Source: Nemertoderma westbladi (lineage: Eukaryota; Animalia; Xenacoelomorpha). Taken from it: a stretch of DNA of 64,000 nucleotides. Both the position numbers and the translations under genes were made by a program. Shown piece by piece: positions 14,210-28,079 of this stretch. The notes beneath the pieces are model-generated. The model searched no databases. It was not told the origin of the DNA and worked only from the letters and a program-made list of their open reading frames with translations. Position 1 is the first letter of the stretch. Each line of letters starts with the position of its first letter. The stretch lies in contig JAUCBJ010007778.1 of assembly GCA_032718475.1 (NCBI GenBank), positions 8,108 to 72,107 on the forward strand, written 5' to 3'.

Positions 14210-17200
14210 GGATGATTCTAAATTAGTAAAACACTAGGAAAACATAGGAAAAAAAATCTGTAAAACACCCGGAAAACAGTGAAAATATTGATCAGCAGGA
14301 AATTTAACACATGTACCACTCTGAATTGGCAATCCTAAATGTACTCCTCGCACAGTAACCCTTAAGTAATCACCGTAAAACATAGGGAAAACACTATAAA
14401 CCCTCCGGAAAATTTACTGAAATACGGCTGAATAAGCACGTCTATACTTGTGTATTATTGGACACTATTTAGGCCTAAACCTCTGGCTGTATTATGAATA
14501 TATCTAACTTGTGATTACAAACTTGATAACTCATTTTATTTACTGGCGACAAGTATAATCTATCAAACAGCCGGAGAAAGGAGAATATAAGAATGGGAAC
14601 TCTTAATTTGGACCTGGGCGTTTTCAAGTCGATCAATGCCAATCCCGGAGAAACATTGGAATTATTTAATATATACGTCGAGCGAATACAACTTCTATTC
14701 GATTTGACTTTCTGGAAATCCGATGGTACTCCATATTAACCTACTGACAGAGAAAAAAAAGCAATGCTACTATTTCGTGGTGGAGATGATATGAAGGATC
14801 TTTTTACACACCTAGGACATGTGCAAACTGCAGATACCTTCGATCAAGCAGTAGGGAAGATTGTGGATGGCCTTAAATCGTCGACAAACAGCGTTGTTCA
14901 GCGAAACCCTCTTCTTTACAGGATTTCCACAAGGTACAAAATCATTTGACCGGTGGTCCAAAGAGATAAGTAATGCAGCTCGTTAAATAAACTATGATGT
15001 ATACAATTGGCAACAAGCTGCAGTAGATGCAATTATCCTGCAAACTTCGAATCCAAAACTGCGGGAAAGAGACCTACAAGAGAATATAAGTTACAGTACA
15101 ATGATCTTCTCAAACTCGGTATAGCTAAAGAACAGTCTGCCAAGGGTGCTTTACTCCTAGAAAAAGCAAACAACCGTGGACAAACAGATTTTCTAGCAAC
15201 TTATGAATTAGAAACAGTTCAACGGATTGGTAAACCAAATAATGTTTCACAATTTTCAGGGACCTCGCACACATCCTTCGGGAGGAAACCAAGTAACCAA
15301 CCAAGTAAACCCTGTTTCCGTTGCGCATCAACTAGATGTTCTAAATTGTGTTCAATTCGATTATGGCTCGAGGTATCCACCAAAACTAGAATTTAATGAA
15401 AGATACAAAGAATTGTTTGCAGTAGAAGATCACCATGATATATATGTTAATCGTGTGATCGAGGAATCCCTTCCCCAAGCTATTACACTGGAAATGGTCA
15501 AACATGAAACTACCAAAGACCCTGAACTTCAAACTCTTATAAAGGATATTTGTGTTAATAAGTTTTGTACAACTTTTCAAAAACATTTTTCTAGAATATT
15601 CTCTGAGCTCACAATCATTGATGGCATTGTTATGAGGAATAACCAATTTGTTATTCCAGCCTCCCTGCAGGCGGACATCATTGGTCTTGCCCACGAAGGC
15701 CATATGGGACAAGACAAAACCATATTATCATTTTTTCGTCAATCATGTTGGTTCCCTGGAATGACAGCTGCTGTTGCAGACTACGTTAAAACGTGCATTT
15801 TAGCATCCACTAAGCACACCTTTCCAGAACCTCTGAAACCTAATCTATTGCCAAATCGGCCATTGCAGAAACTGCATGCAGATTTTAAAGGTCCCATAGG
15901 GTCTCAGTATTACCTCCATTTGATCATTGACCAGTATTCAAAGTACCCTGAGGTTGACATTGTCACATCTACCAGCTTCACAAAACTAGAACCATGCTTA
16001 GATCGTGTGTTCGCCATTCATGGTATTCCCGACGAGTTAACTACAGATAATGGACAACCTGATGGTAGTAATTAATTTTTAAAGTACTCTAAACGAATGG
16101 GGTTTAAACATACTCCAGTGACACCCAGAGACCCCCAGTGCAATGGGTTCGCTGAGAGTTTTGTCAAGGTACTGTGCAAGATAATACAAACGCTGTCTGT
16201 GAAGGAAAAAAAAGTCGATCTCCAGCTGAACTACTTTTTAACCGGAAAATGAAAACCAAACTGCCCAGTTTTGCTCCACTCTCTGAGTCTGCTGATCTCA
16301 AAGAGATTCGTGCTGAACCTGATGCCAAGAAGTTAGCAAAAACTTCAGTTCGACAAGCACCACAGGGCAACATATAAAACTATCAAGAGAGATATGATAC
16401 GGTCCTTATCGAACAAACAAAGCCATCAATTAAACCTCCTTTTGATCCTAGACCTTACCATGTAACGCAGGTCAAGGGGAGTCAGTTGACAGTGCAACGT
16501 GGTGAAAGTATTCTAAAACGCAGTAAAAACCATATCAAAGTTGTCCAGCGCCGCCCAGAACATTTAGAACCATCCTGGACCAAGACCAACCCAATGGAGC
16601 CATGGGATTTCAATAGCAACGATATAGAATGTTCTACAACCAACATGCGAGTCCCTCAGACCGTCCCTAATAATCCCATAGAACCTCCTCTATCAACATC
16701 TGTCTCAGATGCACCGGATGTAGCGAGCTCATCTCAGGTGACAAAGAACTATCCACTGCGCAGCCATGATGCCCTACTGAGATGGAACCCGGAACTTAAC
16801 TCTGGTTCGCCCATACAGTATTACCGAATAAAATATAGGCCGTTTATCTAGAACTATTTTATAAACAGATAGTGAAGTGGAAAGAAAATTATAGAAAGAA
16901 ACCTATTTTAGAATACATTAAAAACTATTTTAGAAAGAAAGCTATAGAAAGAAAACTATTTTATGATACATTAAAAATTACTAAGTATACAACAAACTGA
17001 GATAAACTTTCAGTTTGAAACTGTAAAGGAAGTATGTACTAGACTGACTTACCGGTATGAGTGTACTGAGATAGGGCTGAATAAGCACGACTACTGTTCT
17101 ACTTGTGTATTATTGTACACTATTTAGGCCTACATAAACCTCCGGCTGTATTATGGGTATGCCACTGCACTACAACAGTAAAACCGACCCTCTTGCTGTC

Positions 17201-17670
17201 TTAATATTAAATACCATAACTTCTGCACTTTTAGCTGTTCAACATCCAACCCTAACAATACTAACAATACAGCAATAGCATGTATTCTGGTTATTAATGT
17301 GCCTCTACCGTCCTACCGGTAAAGCGAGGATAGTACTTAACTGCATGCTGATTGGTTACTCTTCCTTGGTTGCCCGGCAACAAGGCTTTCTAGGTAGTAT
17401 TAGACTCTTTTCAATTTATTTTTTAGCAGCAGGTAAAATTTAAGGCTGATTATTTTTTTCACTGTTTTCCGGAGGGTTTATAGTGTTTTCCCTGTGTGTT
17501 TACGGTGATTACTTAAGGTGTGCTATGCGAGGAGTACATTTAGGATTGCTAATTCAGAGTGGTACATGTCTTAAATTTCTTGCTGATCAATATTTTCACT
17601 GTTTTCCGGGTGTTTTACAGTGTTTTTCCTATGTTTTACTGTTTTACTAGTGTTTTCCTTAGAACTATCC
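14210..17670. mobile_element. Foldback/MITE-like element with ~190-200 bp inverted arms (about 14210-14412 and 17465-17670) enclosing a Gypsy remnant
   Basis: Left arm ...GGAAAACAGTGAAAATATTGATCAGC...CACTATAAACCCTCCGGAAAA is the reverse complement of right arm TTTTCCGGAGGGTTTATAGTG...GCTGATCAATATTTTCACTGTTTTCC, with few mismatches. Confidence 0.75.
14415..17177 (+). mobile_element. Decayed, internally deleted Ty3/Gypsy LTR retrotransposon
   Basis: Direct repeats at 14415-14496 and about 17063-17155. 3' LTR TG...CA at 17035-17177 follows a purine tract. PBS-like TGGCGAC at 14544. Broken gag from 14593. Integrase motifs AHEGHMG, LHADFKGP, IIDQYSKYPEV, TDNG in ORF 15227-16075. No protease or RT motifs seen. 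Confidence 0.85.
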
Positions 17671-18357
17671 TAATTAATTAAACCATTTATATCAGGTAAC
17701 TTGCAAACACTTATTGAGTATGGTCCAATCTTTTCCGTGTTTGTTCCTGTTTAATTTAGGGTTGATATCTTTTGATATCTTTGATGTCTATCTATATCTT
17801 TCGTTTTTCTGGTTAGTAATAATTTGATCTGGTTCATGTCTTCTTTACAAATTAAAACGATTTTTAGTTACAGAATGTCGACTGTATTTCCTTTCAAATA
17901 GCATCCATGTTAATTAATAGGCCTACAGTAAGCTACTATTACACAGATTCAAAGCAACATGATACATACCTGTAGTAATATCTGGAATTCATGATTCCAA
18001 ATGTTCGTAAGCCCCAGCTATGTGTCTACTGTAGTGTGTTTAAAAATGGGGTGTTTTAATTTAATTTAAAATATTAATAACTTCATTAAATTAAATTAAA
18101 TACAACAAGAGAAAGAGTCACTTTTGCCACTTTGTTTTTAGTTTGAATTTTTGACTAACTAACTACAACGTAACGTAATGCAAGTTTTTTTTCAAATAAG
18201 TTCCTAATTTCAATATATGAAATTGTTTCAGTAATTTATTGATATTATATTATTCTTTATTCCTAAAACAAAGAAACCCTCACGACTACAACACTTATCC
18301 AATAATTTCTAAAATTAGATTAACAGTTTCTGTTCTGTACTGTAAATTTTTTAAGTA

Positions 18358-19058
18358 TAAAAGTTTCTCGTCCGTGGAGCCTTCGCACAGCACGAGACTC
18401 GGCTCCGATAAAGGTGAACCCGAGAAAGCTGTAATCCGAGTAGGCCTACTTGTTTGGTTTACTATTACTTTCGTTAGCTTGCCTACAGTATACCTGTTCT
18501 ATTTAAGCAATTATTGTAGGTCACTACTCCAAATTTCAGATAAATCTGATTGGTTCTATTACAGCTACTTTTACGTTTCTGTCAATTCGCCCCCTAGCGG
18601 CAGCCAGAGGAACTAAAGTCTGTATTTGTGTAGACTTTCTAATTCAGCAATGCTCATAGATCACTCCTACCACATTTCAGATGAATCGGATGGTTGGTTC
18701 TATAAGTACAGCTATACTTCAACGTTTCTGTCAATTCGCCCCCTAGCGGCAGACAGAGTAACCGTATAATTCCGTCCTTGTGTATAATTTCTAAACTTTT
18801 GATAGACTACATGTGTACAGAGTTTGGTTCCATTTCATCCATGATTGACCGCCTTATTTCGGTTTTTATCATAAGTCTGAAACTACAGGTGTCGAGTGAC
18901 AGACTGCCTGATTTTTTTTACCAAACTTCAGATTCTTTCTAAACTTTTGACGGACTACAAAAGTACCAAGATTGGGACGACGACGATGACAGACAAATCT
19001 TTAATGGTACAGTACTCCTACGCTAAGGCTTCACTTACTTCGTGGCTCGCCCCACATT
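18358..19058. mobile_element. Non-autonomous Helentron/HINE (DINE-1-like) element with two ~150-bp internal repeats
   Basis: Repeat TTTCTGTCAATTCGCCCCCTAGCGGCAG at about 18576 and 18725. Short (GAC)n/GACA microsatellite near 18976. The end AAGGCT...CTCGCCCCACA is shared with the 32.2-32.8 kb element. Confidence 0.55.
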
Positions 19059-22000
19059 CCATCACTTTAAGCTTAGCTATTTTTATTTTAATTAGAGACT
19101 GGGAAAAACTGTATTAAATAAAAAGCGCTAAGATTATGCTATGGAGTAAGCCTAGTATTTATTTTATTTTATTTTTTTATCAATAAATAATTTTCGAAAT
19201 TGTTCTCAGGTCGCACAGCATTATGCACAACCTTCCCTGTTATCCCACAACCACCTCCACAACACCAAGCTGAATGTTAACTGGCGGCACATGGAAATCA
19301 ATTCATACAATTTATTGGAGGAAGAAGTGTATTGAAGAAAAATAAAGTGTAATAGTAAAATAAACATGTACATAAACAATAACATACATAAACAATAACA
19401 TTCAACCCACGGAGTAAAGTAATCGAACAAATATATTTTATTGGAAATGTATTCTAGCCAATGTGTTCGCCAACTATATCGTACATTATTGAAGTCCAGA
19501 TAAATGAAAGCGCACATTAGCTAAGTATAATACTGCGAGTTATTTGATCAACAAACGTAACCGCCATCCTTACTAACAATAATACTTATAATACAGCAAA
19601 ACAATAAGTAAACACAGTGAATAATTCGCGCACAAAAAATGCTTTAAGTAATACAGATATACTAAATAATAACTGCGTATATTTGGCCTACAACAATAGG
19701 GCACTGTGTGTGCAGTGGTGTATAATGTAGTCTAACGTGAGATTAAGCATACGAATAATTACAGTGCAGTATTCGTGGGAAACATTTAAAATATATTATT
19801 ATTAAATATCAAGTTTTAGAATTTATAGCATTTAGTAAACTTGAAGATATAGAGACGGGAATTACAATCTTATCCAATGATATGAAACTATTATTCGAAA
19901 CTGGAAATATTCAATTCAATCAAAGCATTTTTGAGATTTTGGGTCTGGGTCCTTCAAAGTGTCTTAAATGTCAATGTTATAAACAAAATAAAAGGGTAAA
20001 ATAAAAAAAAAGGTATATTCAAAAAGGTTTTAGCTTTCTGAGTCAAACTGTCAAAACCAAAGGAGAGCAACAAACGCTACCACACACTATTTAGTATTCC
20101 ATTAATAGATAAAATTATTAAATTACGAAAACTAATTATCTCACAAAAATAATTTCAAAGAACAAAAATAAGCGTATTTTATATCAACCTTACTGGTTGC
20201 ACATGAGTAAACGGAAAACGTTTCCAATAAATTAATCATAAATAATCTCAAATTAGATAGGGACTGGGCAAATCAAGTCAACAGTAAATCAAGATTGCGT
20301 GAGAATGGCGCTTAAAAATTATTTGTAGCATTGGGTATCGTAATGACTGTTTGCATTTCACAAGGTTAGAAAAGTCCCCAAATAAGGGGGGGGGGGGGGC
20401 TTTCTCAACGCAATCCAAATTCATCCACCGCCAGGGGAAAATCGACACAAAAAACAGCTAAAAATAACTCCTAAAAATAAAACTTTAACCTGTTCTATTG
20501 ACTTTCGTTTATTGTTTTGGTTAGAAGAACGTGCCTCTGTGACCTGATCCTTTCCCTAAATTGGTAATTTATCATTGAGACAAATTATAAATTCGCCGAG
20601 ATGGGATTTGCGTAGAGTTGAAATAGAGACCTACAGATAATTATTTTGAAAAATACCTGAGACAAAAGCCAGAGATCCGAAACTTTGCTTATTTTTGTAC
20701 TTACTTTACTACTGATTATATTTAACCTTTAACACAATCACGTACGTATGACCCGATAACTATTTTTCTATGGTTGAATTACGGTAAATCCAACCCGATC
20801 AACCCTTTTACCCAAAGGAAAAAATAAGCGTACGTACAATTTATGGGGCTTCCCTCATCCCATTGACCCAATCAACCGTTACCCAGTGGAGTACAATTAG
20901 GTGTAGTAATATATACTCGCCTCCTTTACCAGCCTCGTTCTCTCCATTTGACCGCCATATATCTATCCTACAACGAGGTGAAAAGAGCTACCGTAACTTT
21001 TACTTTTACACTTTCAGCCTTCAGCTTCAAGGATAAGAAAAAATTAATTCGAATAATTTTCTCCCAATTTAATTTAAGGATACAAAACGAAAGGGGTTCG
21101 TTTAACCCCAAACCCGTCCTTATAATTTTTTGTCACAAGAAACAAAGCAATTCATATTTAAATTTCGTTAAAACTAACAGGATGGGTTTCCTTTTTTCAA
21201 TTTTATAATATATTACAATCAAGCGGTCGCATTAAGGTATATCTCACTACCCATTTAGCTGTAGTTACTATCTAGAATAATTTATAATCACTTAATAAAT
21301 ATATTTATCCTACTGAACTGACTACAACTTATAAATAATAACTACACAGACTCTGTAAACAATGCCTCGATGTAATTACTAAATATATATATTCTACTTA
21401 TATTTAGATATATATATTTTAAGAAAAACGTACATATTTACCGGTATATATTAGGTTAACTTTAAAACCTAACTTATCTATATATTTGCACCAAAAACTA
21501 TTCAAATTATTATAATTTAATTTAAAAAGAATAAATAATTTTATACTTTAAAATAAATTATAATATTCCGAATCAGATTAACAACGTTGTCATCCGATTC
21601 ACATAAAGTGGGTGGGGGGGGGGGGGGGGCTAAGGACCTCGCAGGCAAAATCATACCTCTTCTCTTGAGAAAATTCACACCAGTTGACTACGAGGAAAAA
21701 TCCCAACCCCGCCTCACCCCCTACCCGCACACACAAACAGAACGTCTCCAAAAACAATAATAACGATAAAATAGAGTTACACTACATTAATTAATATTTA
21801 TTGGAAATAATAATAAGTAGTTGAACTACTACAAACACCAACTTTATAAAGTAATAATATCAAAGCTCTATAAGACCAGGAGTGACTAATTGACCAAAAT
21901 AGTTAAAGTTGCACCAGAAATCTTCCGGTAAACAAAATTGTCGGACACGATTAAATAAAATGTTTAAAGTTTTCACAGGCGTTCAGTTCTAGTATTTACT

Positions 22001-22098
22001 TTCACGAAAAAATAGCTCAGTCTGTAAGGAGTCGCTCCCCAGTTGGTATCAGTCAGCCAGTAGGAACGGCCGGGTCTGGATTTATTATACCTAGTGGA

Positions 22099-22264
22099 TT
22101 ACCTACGATGGTTGGCTACATTGTGATTGGCGTTACTGTTACGTTCGAACATGGTGTCTTCGTCGTCGTCGTCATCCTCGTCTTGCAATCTCGCCATCTC
22201 CATGTCGTTACCCGCTGTAGTTATAACACCGTATTTCTTTGTTTTACTTTTCCGATGTCGCGTT
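22099..22264 (-). CDS. FAM174: FAM174-family membrane protein, coding exon 2 (cytoplasmic tail)
   Basis: Acceptor TTTTTTAG at 22266-22265. Encodes RTRHRKSKTKKYGVI...DMEMARL.DEDDDDDEDTMFE, the FAM174/DUF1180 tail. TAA at 22099. Phase 2 matches exon 1. Confidence 0.85.
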
Positions 22265-22919
22265 CTAAAAAAAATAGTAATGAATAACTGACACTGGCAC
22301 ACATACTGTAGGTAGTCTAATTCAATTGCTTATGTTGCACTTGCACCTTTCAACTTAAAATTCTGAAATTAATTTGGGCATTCGTATGCTGCCAGACAAT
22401 ATTGAAATGATGCTCATCCTTAAATATAACATATAGGTTATAACATAATACTTATAATCTAAATTTAACACAAATTGAGACTGTTATAACATATTGCCCT
22501 CATTTACTTTATTTAAGTAAATTATTAATTTTATTTCCTGTAATTTTTTCTGTTACTGATATTGTAATTTGAATTGTTGTTTTGTAAATTTATTATTCAT
22601 GCCCAGCCCCGGCCCCCAAGGATTTTGTACCCCCGGTCGTTCACTAATCCCAATTCGAGTTAATGGCGCAAAATGACTTATTTAATTTAAAACATTAATA
22701 AAGGAAAATGAGCAGGTTACAGAGGTTATGTTTTCAAACCAAAACAATAATCTAGACTTTATTTCCCTTGCGGTGTATTTGCGCTGAAGATCACAATTGC
22801 CACATGCCTGCATGCGGTCAATGTCCTGCCTAATTATTATAACGAATTCAAATACCGGTACTTTGATATCATGGATATATGCTGACCGAAGAGAAGACCA
22901 CAATGACTGAATGACTAAC

Positions 22920-23245
22920 CTGCATGCGCGGACAATGAAGAATATAACGACGAGAGACGATACGGCAATCAGAACATACATCATCCGTTTAACAACATCC
23001 ATACTCTCAGGATTATTAAATAAATTATTGAATATATTGCCATCATGTGAGTTTGGGGTTGTGGTATTTACATCATTTGTATCGTTAGACGCAGTACTCG
23101 CAGTAGTTGCTGCGTTTAGAGTGGCGGAGTCCGGTTTCGGAGTTTGTGGAGAATCAGCCAGATCGGAGACACCAACCGCCATAACCAAAACAACGAGAAT
23201 CGACACGAGTGCATGTCGGCAGCACGAACAGAACCTCTTGGCCAT
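22920..23245 (-). CDS. FAM174: FAM174-family membrane protein, coding exon 1 (signal peptide, S/T-rich ectodomain, TM helix)
   Basis: ATG at 23245; MAKRF...LVSILVVLVMAVG signal-like segment; KRMMYVLIAVSSLVVIFFIVRA transmembrane helix; GTTAGT donor at 22919. Confidence 0.85.
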
Positions 23246-26200
23246 AGTAGCAAATTGAATTGTTATGTGTAGGTAGTCAGTGGTTATTATGTTCACAGAT
23301 ATTACAGTATTATACTGAATTTTCAATCTACTACAAGGTACGATCTACTTAAGATATAATACATTTATTGTAAGAAATACCGATACATAAGGCTTAGTTA
23401 GGCCAAATTGATTTAGAATGACACAACTGCACAAGCAGACAAGCTCAATATTTCACAACCTACCAGTATTGCCTAGGCCAGTAGGCTAGGCGGCTTAGAA
23501 CATTTTTTGTCACCATATTTACCACTAACAGGATAGTTAGGTAGTAGGCCTACGATTAAAAATGTAGAAGATTCTTAACAATTATTCATAAACCTTCCAA
23601 TAAAGATATAAAATACAATGGGCTACAAATGCAGAAATGCAGAAATGTTAACCAGTGTGTCATGATTAGTGTTAAGAACAGAGGAGGACCAAAGCCTGCA
23701 AATCCAGAGGACGTCACAACAATTCTGGACCAATACAGCAATATCTGAAAAGGCCATATAAGCTATAACATTACCGCTACCTGGCTACCGGGACCGTTTT
23801 CGACAGTTCGATTTAAAGTTTGAAAATAGCAGGACACTACCGATTATTACTGTATTAATTAATGTAGTACATAGTACCGGTATTGGCTGTACCGCACCGG
23901 TATTTGTTTTTGTTTTGTATATTGCATATTGCTGTATTGATTGATTAGATTGACCTGACGAGACGGCCTGAGCTCAGGAGCTTGATTGGTTCATCAATTC
24001 ATTTGTTATGGCTGTATGGTTAGATAAATTTTATGGGGTCGCATTTGTTCAAGATTATAGGCCTATTTTATACAGCACTGGTAGATCAGTCTGCTGGTCT
24101 GTCAGTAGATACCAGTAAGCCTACAATATATTAAAATAATAGATTGGAAATTCAGAATTTTGTTTTAAAGGGATAGCTGGATAGGGTAATTTTAGTCTGT
24201 CCAGCTGCCAGCAGTGAGGTTTTATTGTCGGCTTAGGCTAGTTAAAGACAGAAACTCAAAAGTCTCGTGACAGACCGAACACCGAACGTAATCAGGATCG
24301 AATGTAACATAGCAGTAAGGTACAGCAGTGCAGTACAGTCAGCCAGTTAGAGGTTTTGTGCAGCCAGACAGCCAGATGAAATCTCACTTTTTTCCAGCCA
24401 GTTCATAGAAACACCAGCCCACACCTGGCTGGTCTGGATATCAATTGGCTGGCCTATTGCTGTATTGCAGTTCCGTTATTAGGCTGCTTTGTCCAGAGGA
24501 GTTAACCCTCTACAGCTCTGATAAATGATTGACAGACTTTCCTGTGATGTAGCTGCAATGGCAATGCTTGACAGATTTTCTTGTGATATAACCGCAATGC
24601 TTGCAGGTGTTATTGTGATGTAGCCGCTCTGTGGGAGGTTGGGTATAACCAGGGCCTTCATAAAAAATAGTTATTTTATGAAGGCCCTGGTATAACTGAA
24701 ATGGAGGCCCCTTCCCCTTGTGCCTTTGGTGCCCTGTGCCTGGCCTGGAATACAACTGTGAACTGTAGATGTTGAATTAACGTTTACGGTAAGTCTGTAA
24801 GTTGTAATAATAAGTTGATTTTATGTTAAAGTTTAAAATTCGTTAAATTATGCAGGGCTTAAATTGCTTAAATTGTGCTTTGGATGTAACTTTCCTCTCT
24901 CAAAAGCTGGCTGCTACTGATAGACAATAGACATGCTGACATGGCACATGGCTTATGGAAAGATTCATAATTGAATAATCTAAATACATTAACCTTACAT
25001 ATCACCTAATAAAGTAATAAACTTACATAACATATTACCCAATAAAGTAATTAACCTTACTGTACATACAGACATATTACCTAATAAAGTAATTAACCCT
25101 TACATATTATCTAATTGAGTATTGCGGTCATCGTAGGCTAATCTTACTACTTAATATCCCTCATGGCCTTGTAGGCTACTTGGTTTGGTAGTATTGCAGA
25201 ATGGGCCAAGGCTAGCCGTTATGCCTAGATGTACTTGACTTGTAATAACAAAATGAAGTTCCCACTATTTAAGGTTAAAAATCTCTTGCACCAAATTAAT
25301 GTATTCTACAATCTACTGTACAATCTGTTTTCTGCACTACATTATTGTTTGACAGTAGACTATTAAATGAATGTTGTACAGCATGATGTCGCAATGTGAG
25401 AGTCACTCCTGCAGCTACAGTAACATATGCAATCAATATTTATTAATAAAGTAAAGTACATTACATATACGTATCATAGCAGTAATATTGTTTAAGTAAT
25501 ACAATATGATGTTGTAGAGCCTTGAGCCTATGTCTTATGTACTGTAATATATCATTTACTCTACTGTATACAATTATTTACCTCTCTGCTTCCGAAGATG
25601 CATCGATGGAAAACCTATATGTACAATACTGCACAATATCGGAATGTACAGTACAATGTACGGTGTAGTATTTCTAAACATACAGTAGTGTCCCTTTATA
25701 CAATGACCTGGCCATTATGGCCATACCAGTTGTCCAATACCCACGGCCACGCCCATTGCTAATGTACTACCATTGTATCGTATGGTTTCATTCCTTGTTC
25801 TACTGTAGTCTTTAGGCTCGTTTTCGATTTAGATGCTAGGCCCCACCGTAAAGCAGATAGCTGCTTGCAGCTGGTGTGCTGTAAAGTACGACGTACCACA
25901 ACAATCAAGCTCCAAAAAATCGTACCATATAAACACTTTCAATGATTTTTCCTTAGCAAACATGGATTTGACAAAGTAACAAGGTACAGTGACTACGTAA
26001 TATACGTACTGTAGGTTGAATTTTCTCACATTTTGGTAATATTGTGGGGCGGCCACGAAAGTAAGCGAGCTTAGCATACGGGTACCCATTATCGGTGTGT
26101 CTGTGTAGATCTGCCGTTCTGCAGATCCGTGTTTTACTTTAATAACTCGGCTAATCCTCGGATGAAATCTAACCAAACTTGGTACACATATTGTTTGGTA

Positions 26201-26499
26201 GAATTTTAGAAATTTTCCAAATAGATAATTTGCGTGTGGCCTTCGAGAAACTAAGAAAAGGCAGTGGTAATTAGTTAATTGTTAATTAAGTACATGGATT
26301 GCGGTAAAAAAACATCATTAATCTGCCTGCCCTTTACGGGCTTCAGTAATAGGTTTTCTGGGGCGCAAAATAAATTGGAAAATATTTAGAAATGATATGA
26401 TTACTATAAATGGCTGTTTAGTCCTCTCTGCGTAGGAAAAAAATGAAAAAAACAAGTAACCAGCACTTTTCAGTTAGAACACAAAATTTTTAATTCACT

Positions 26500-27627
26500 T
26501 ATACGATACTATAAATTAACATTTTCAGGTTTTCTAGGGCGCTGATTCTAATGGAATACATTTCTAATATGCCAGATCATTGCTACTTGTATTTTTCGGC
26601 TTAATTTGGGAAATTTTGGTGCTAGCACCAAATTTCGTACCCATCGCCAAAAAGTACAAGTTTGCGATGTCCAGTGCTGTTTTTTTTAATTCCATCGGTT
26701 TCAGAACCCTCATAAACCCGTATAACGCAAGAAACAAGATGATACTATCTATTGTAATCGTGTAATTGTGGTGCTGGCACAACAATTTTCACCCACCGGC
26801 GAACAATGCAAGTTTGAAAACTCTTATGAAATTTTTACTGATTCCATTGAATTCAGAACCCTCACGAACCCGTATAGCGCAAGAAACAAGGTGACACAAT
26901 CAATTGATATATTTGATAGGTTCAAAATTTGGGGCTAGCACCAAATTTTGCACCAACTTCCGATACAATGTCTAGTTCGTATTATATTGCCATTGAATTC
27001 AGAACAGCCATACACCTCTAAAACGCAATAAATAAATTGTCACAAGCAATTTTATCTCTTGAATGAATTTTTTTCAAAATTTCGTGCTAGCACCAAAATT
27101 TACACTCAGCACCGAAAATACGCTTGGTGAAACTCGTATATATTCCATCGAAACAAGAATCCAAAAAAACCCCAATTGCGTAAAAAATAAGTTTCAAACA
27201 ATCAATTTACAAAATTGACATATTTCAAAATTTGGTGCTGGCACCAAAATTTGGCACCCGCCGAAAAAGACATGTTTGAAATTTCTAAATTAATTTATAT
27301 GAATTCCATCCAATTGCTAACACCAAAAAACCGGTGTATATCAAAAATAGAGATGTTACGAATCATATTTAATGAAATGTAATTTTCAAAAAACGTCTCA
27401 AAAAAAAGTGCCAAAAGTAGGGTTAAAAAATGGTGCTATAACTCCAAAACTACCCAATATTTTGAAAAACGGTTATCACTACTAGGAAGACAATAGATTT
27501 TTAGGAAAAGTCATAAAATTTCAGATTCCCAACTGCGTTTGTTTCAGAACTATAACAAAAAAACCATGGAGGAAGGGGGTCATATTGACCCCCCCCCCCC
27601 CCCCCCCCCCCGGTTTAATAGGGTTAA
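26500..27627. mobile_element. Right part of a non-autonomous DNA transposon (piggyBac-like end) with ~155-bp degenerate internal repeats
   Basis: Ends GACCC(C)nGGTTTAATAGGG|TTAA. GCT(A/G)GCAC cores recur at about 26621, 26773, 26934, 27086 and 27237. No matching left end identified. Confidence 0.45.
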
Positions 27628-28079
27628 TGGAAATGAATTATTTTATACAGTAGTTATATTTAAACTTAAAAGATATACCTGTAATCCCCATCCATAGCCC
27701 ATTCCAAGTGTTGCAACGGGATCCCGATCCGAGTCCCGATCCCGATGGAAAAATATCGGGATTTTTCGGGATTTGCTATTTCTAAATTTATATGCCCTGT
27801 AGCTTAAAATTTGTAAAATTGTATAAAATTGACAATTTTTGCTCGCCCCATCAAAATGAACAATTTTTGTTAAAAACAAAAATTTTAGAGGATTTTCATT
27901 GGATGATTGATAAGTTGATTCATAGGGAAATGAGTTAAGAAATGCAAGGAAATTTCATAGACATGTTCCCAAAAAATTTCTATTTTATTAATTTTTTATA
28001 AAAAGTTTACTTTTAATAGTAAATATTTGCAGAAATATCCTCATATTAATTGCATAAAATATTCAGAGAGGTTTGGAAT

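Noticed and set aside
22682-23326. 214-aa single-exon reading of the FAM174 ORF
   Set aside because: Family similarity ends at the donor at 22919 and resumes in frame at 22264; the upstream TTG start is unlikely.
24200-24800. Possible non-coding first exon of a divergent transcript (GTAAGT near 24789) for the UGT or FAM120
   Set aside because: Splice-like motifs alone are insufficient; needs transcript data.
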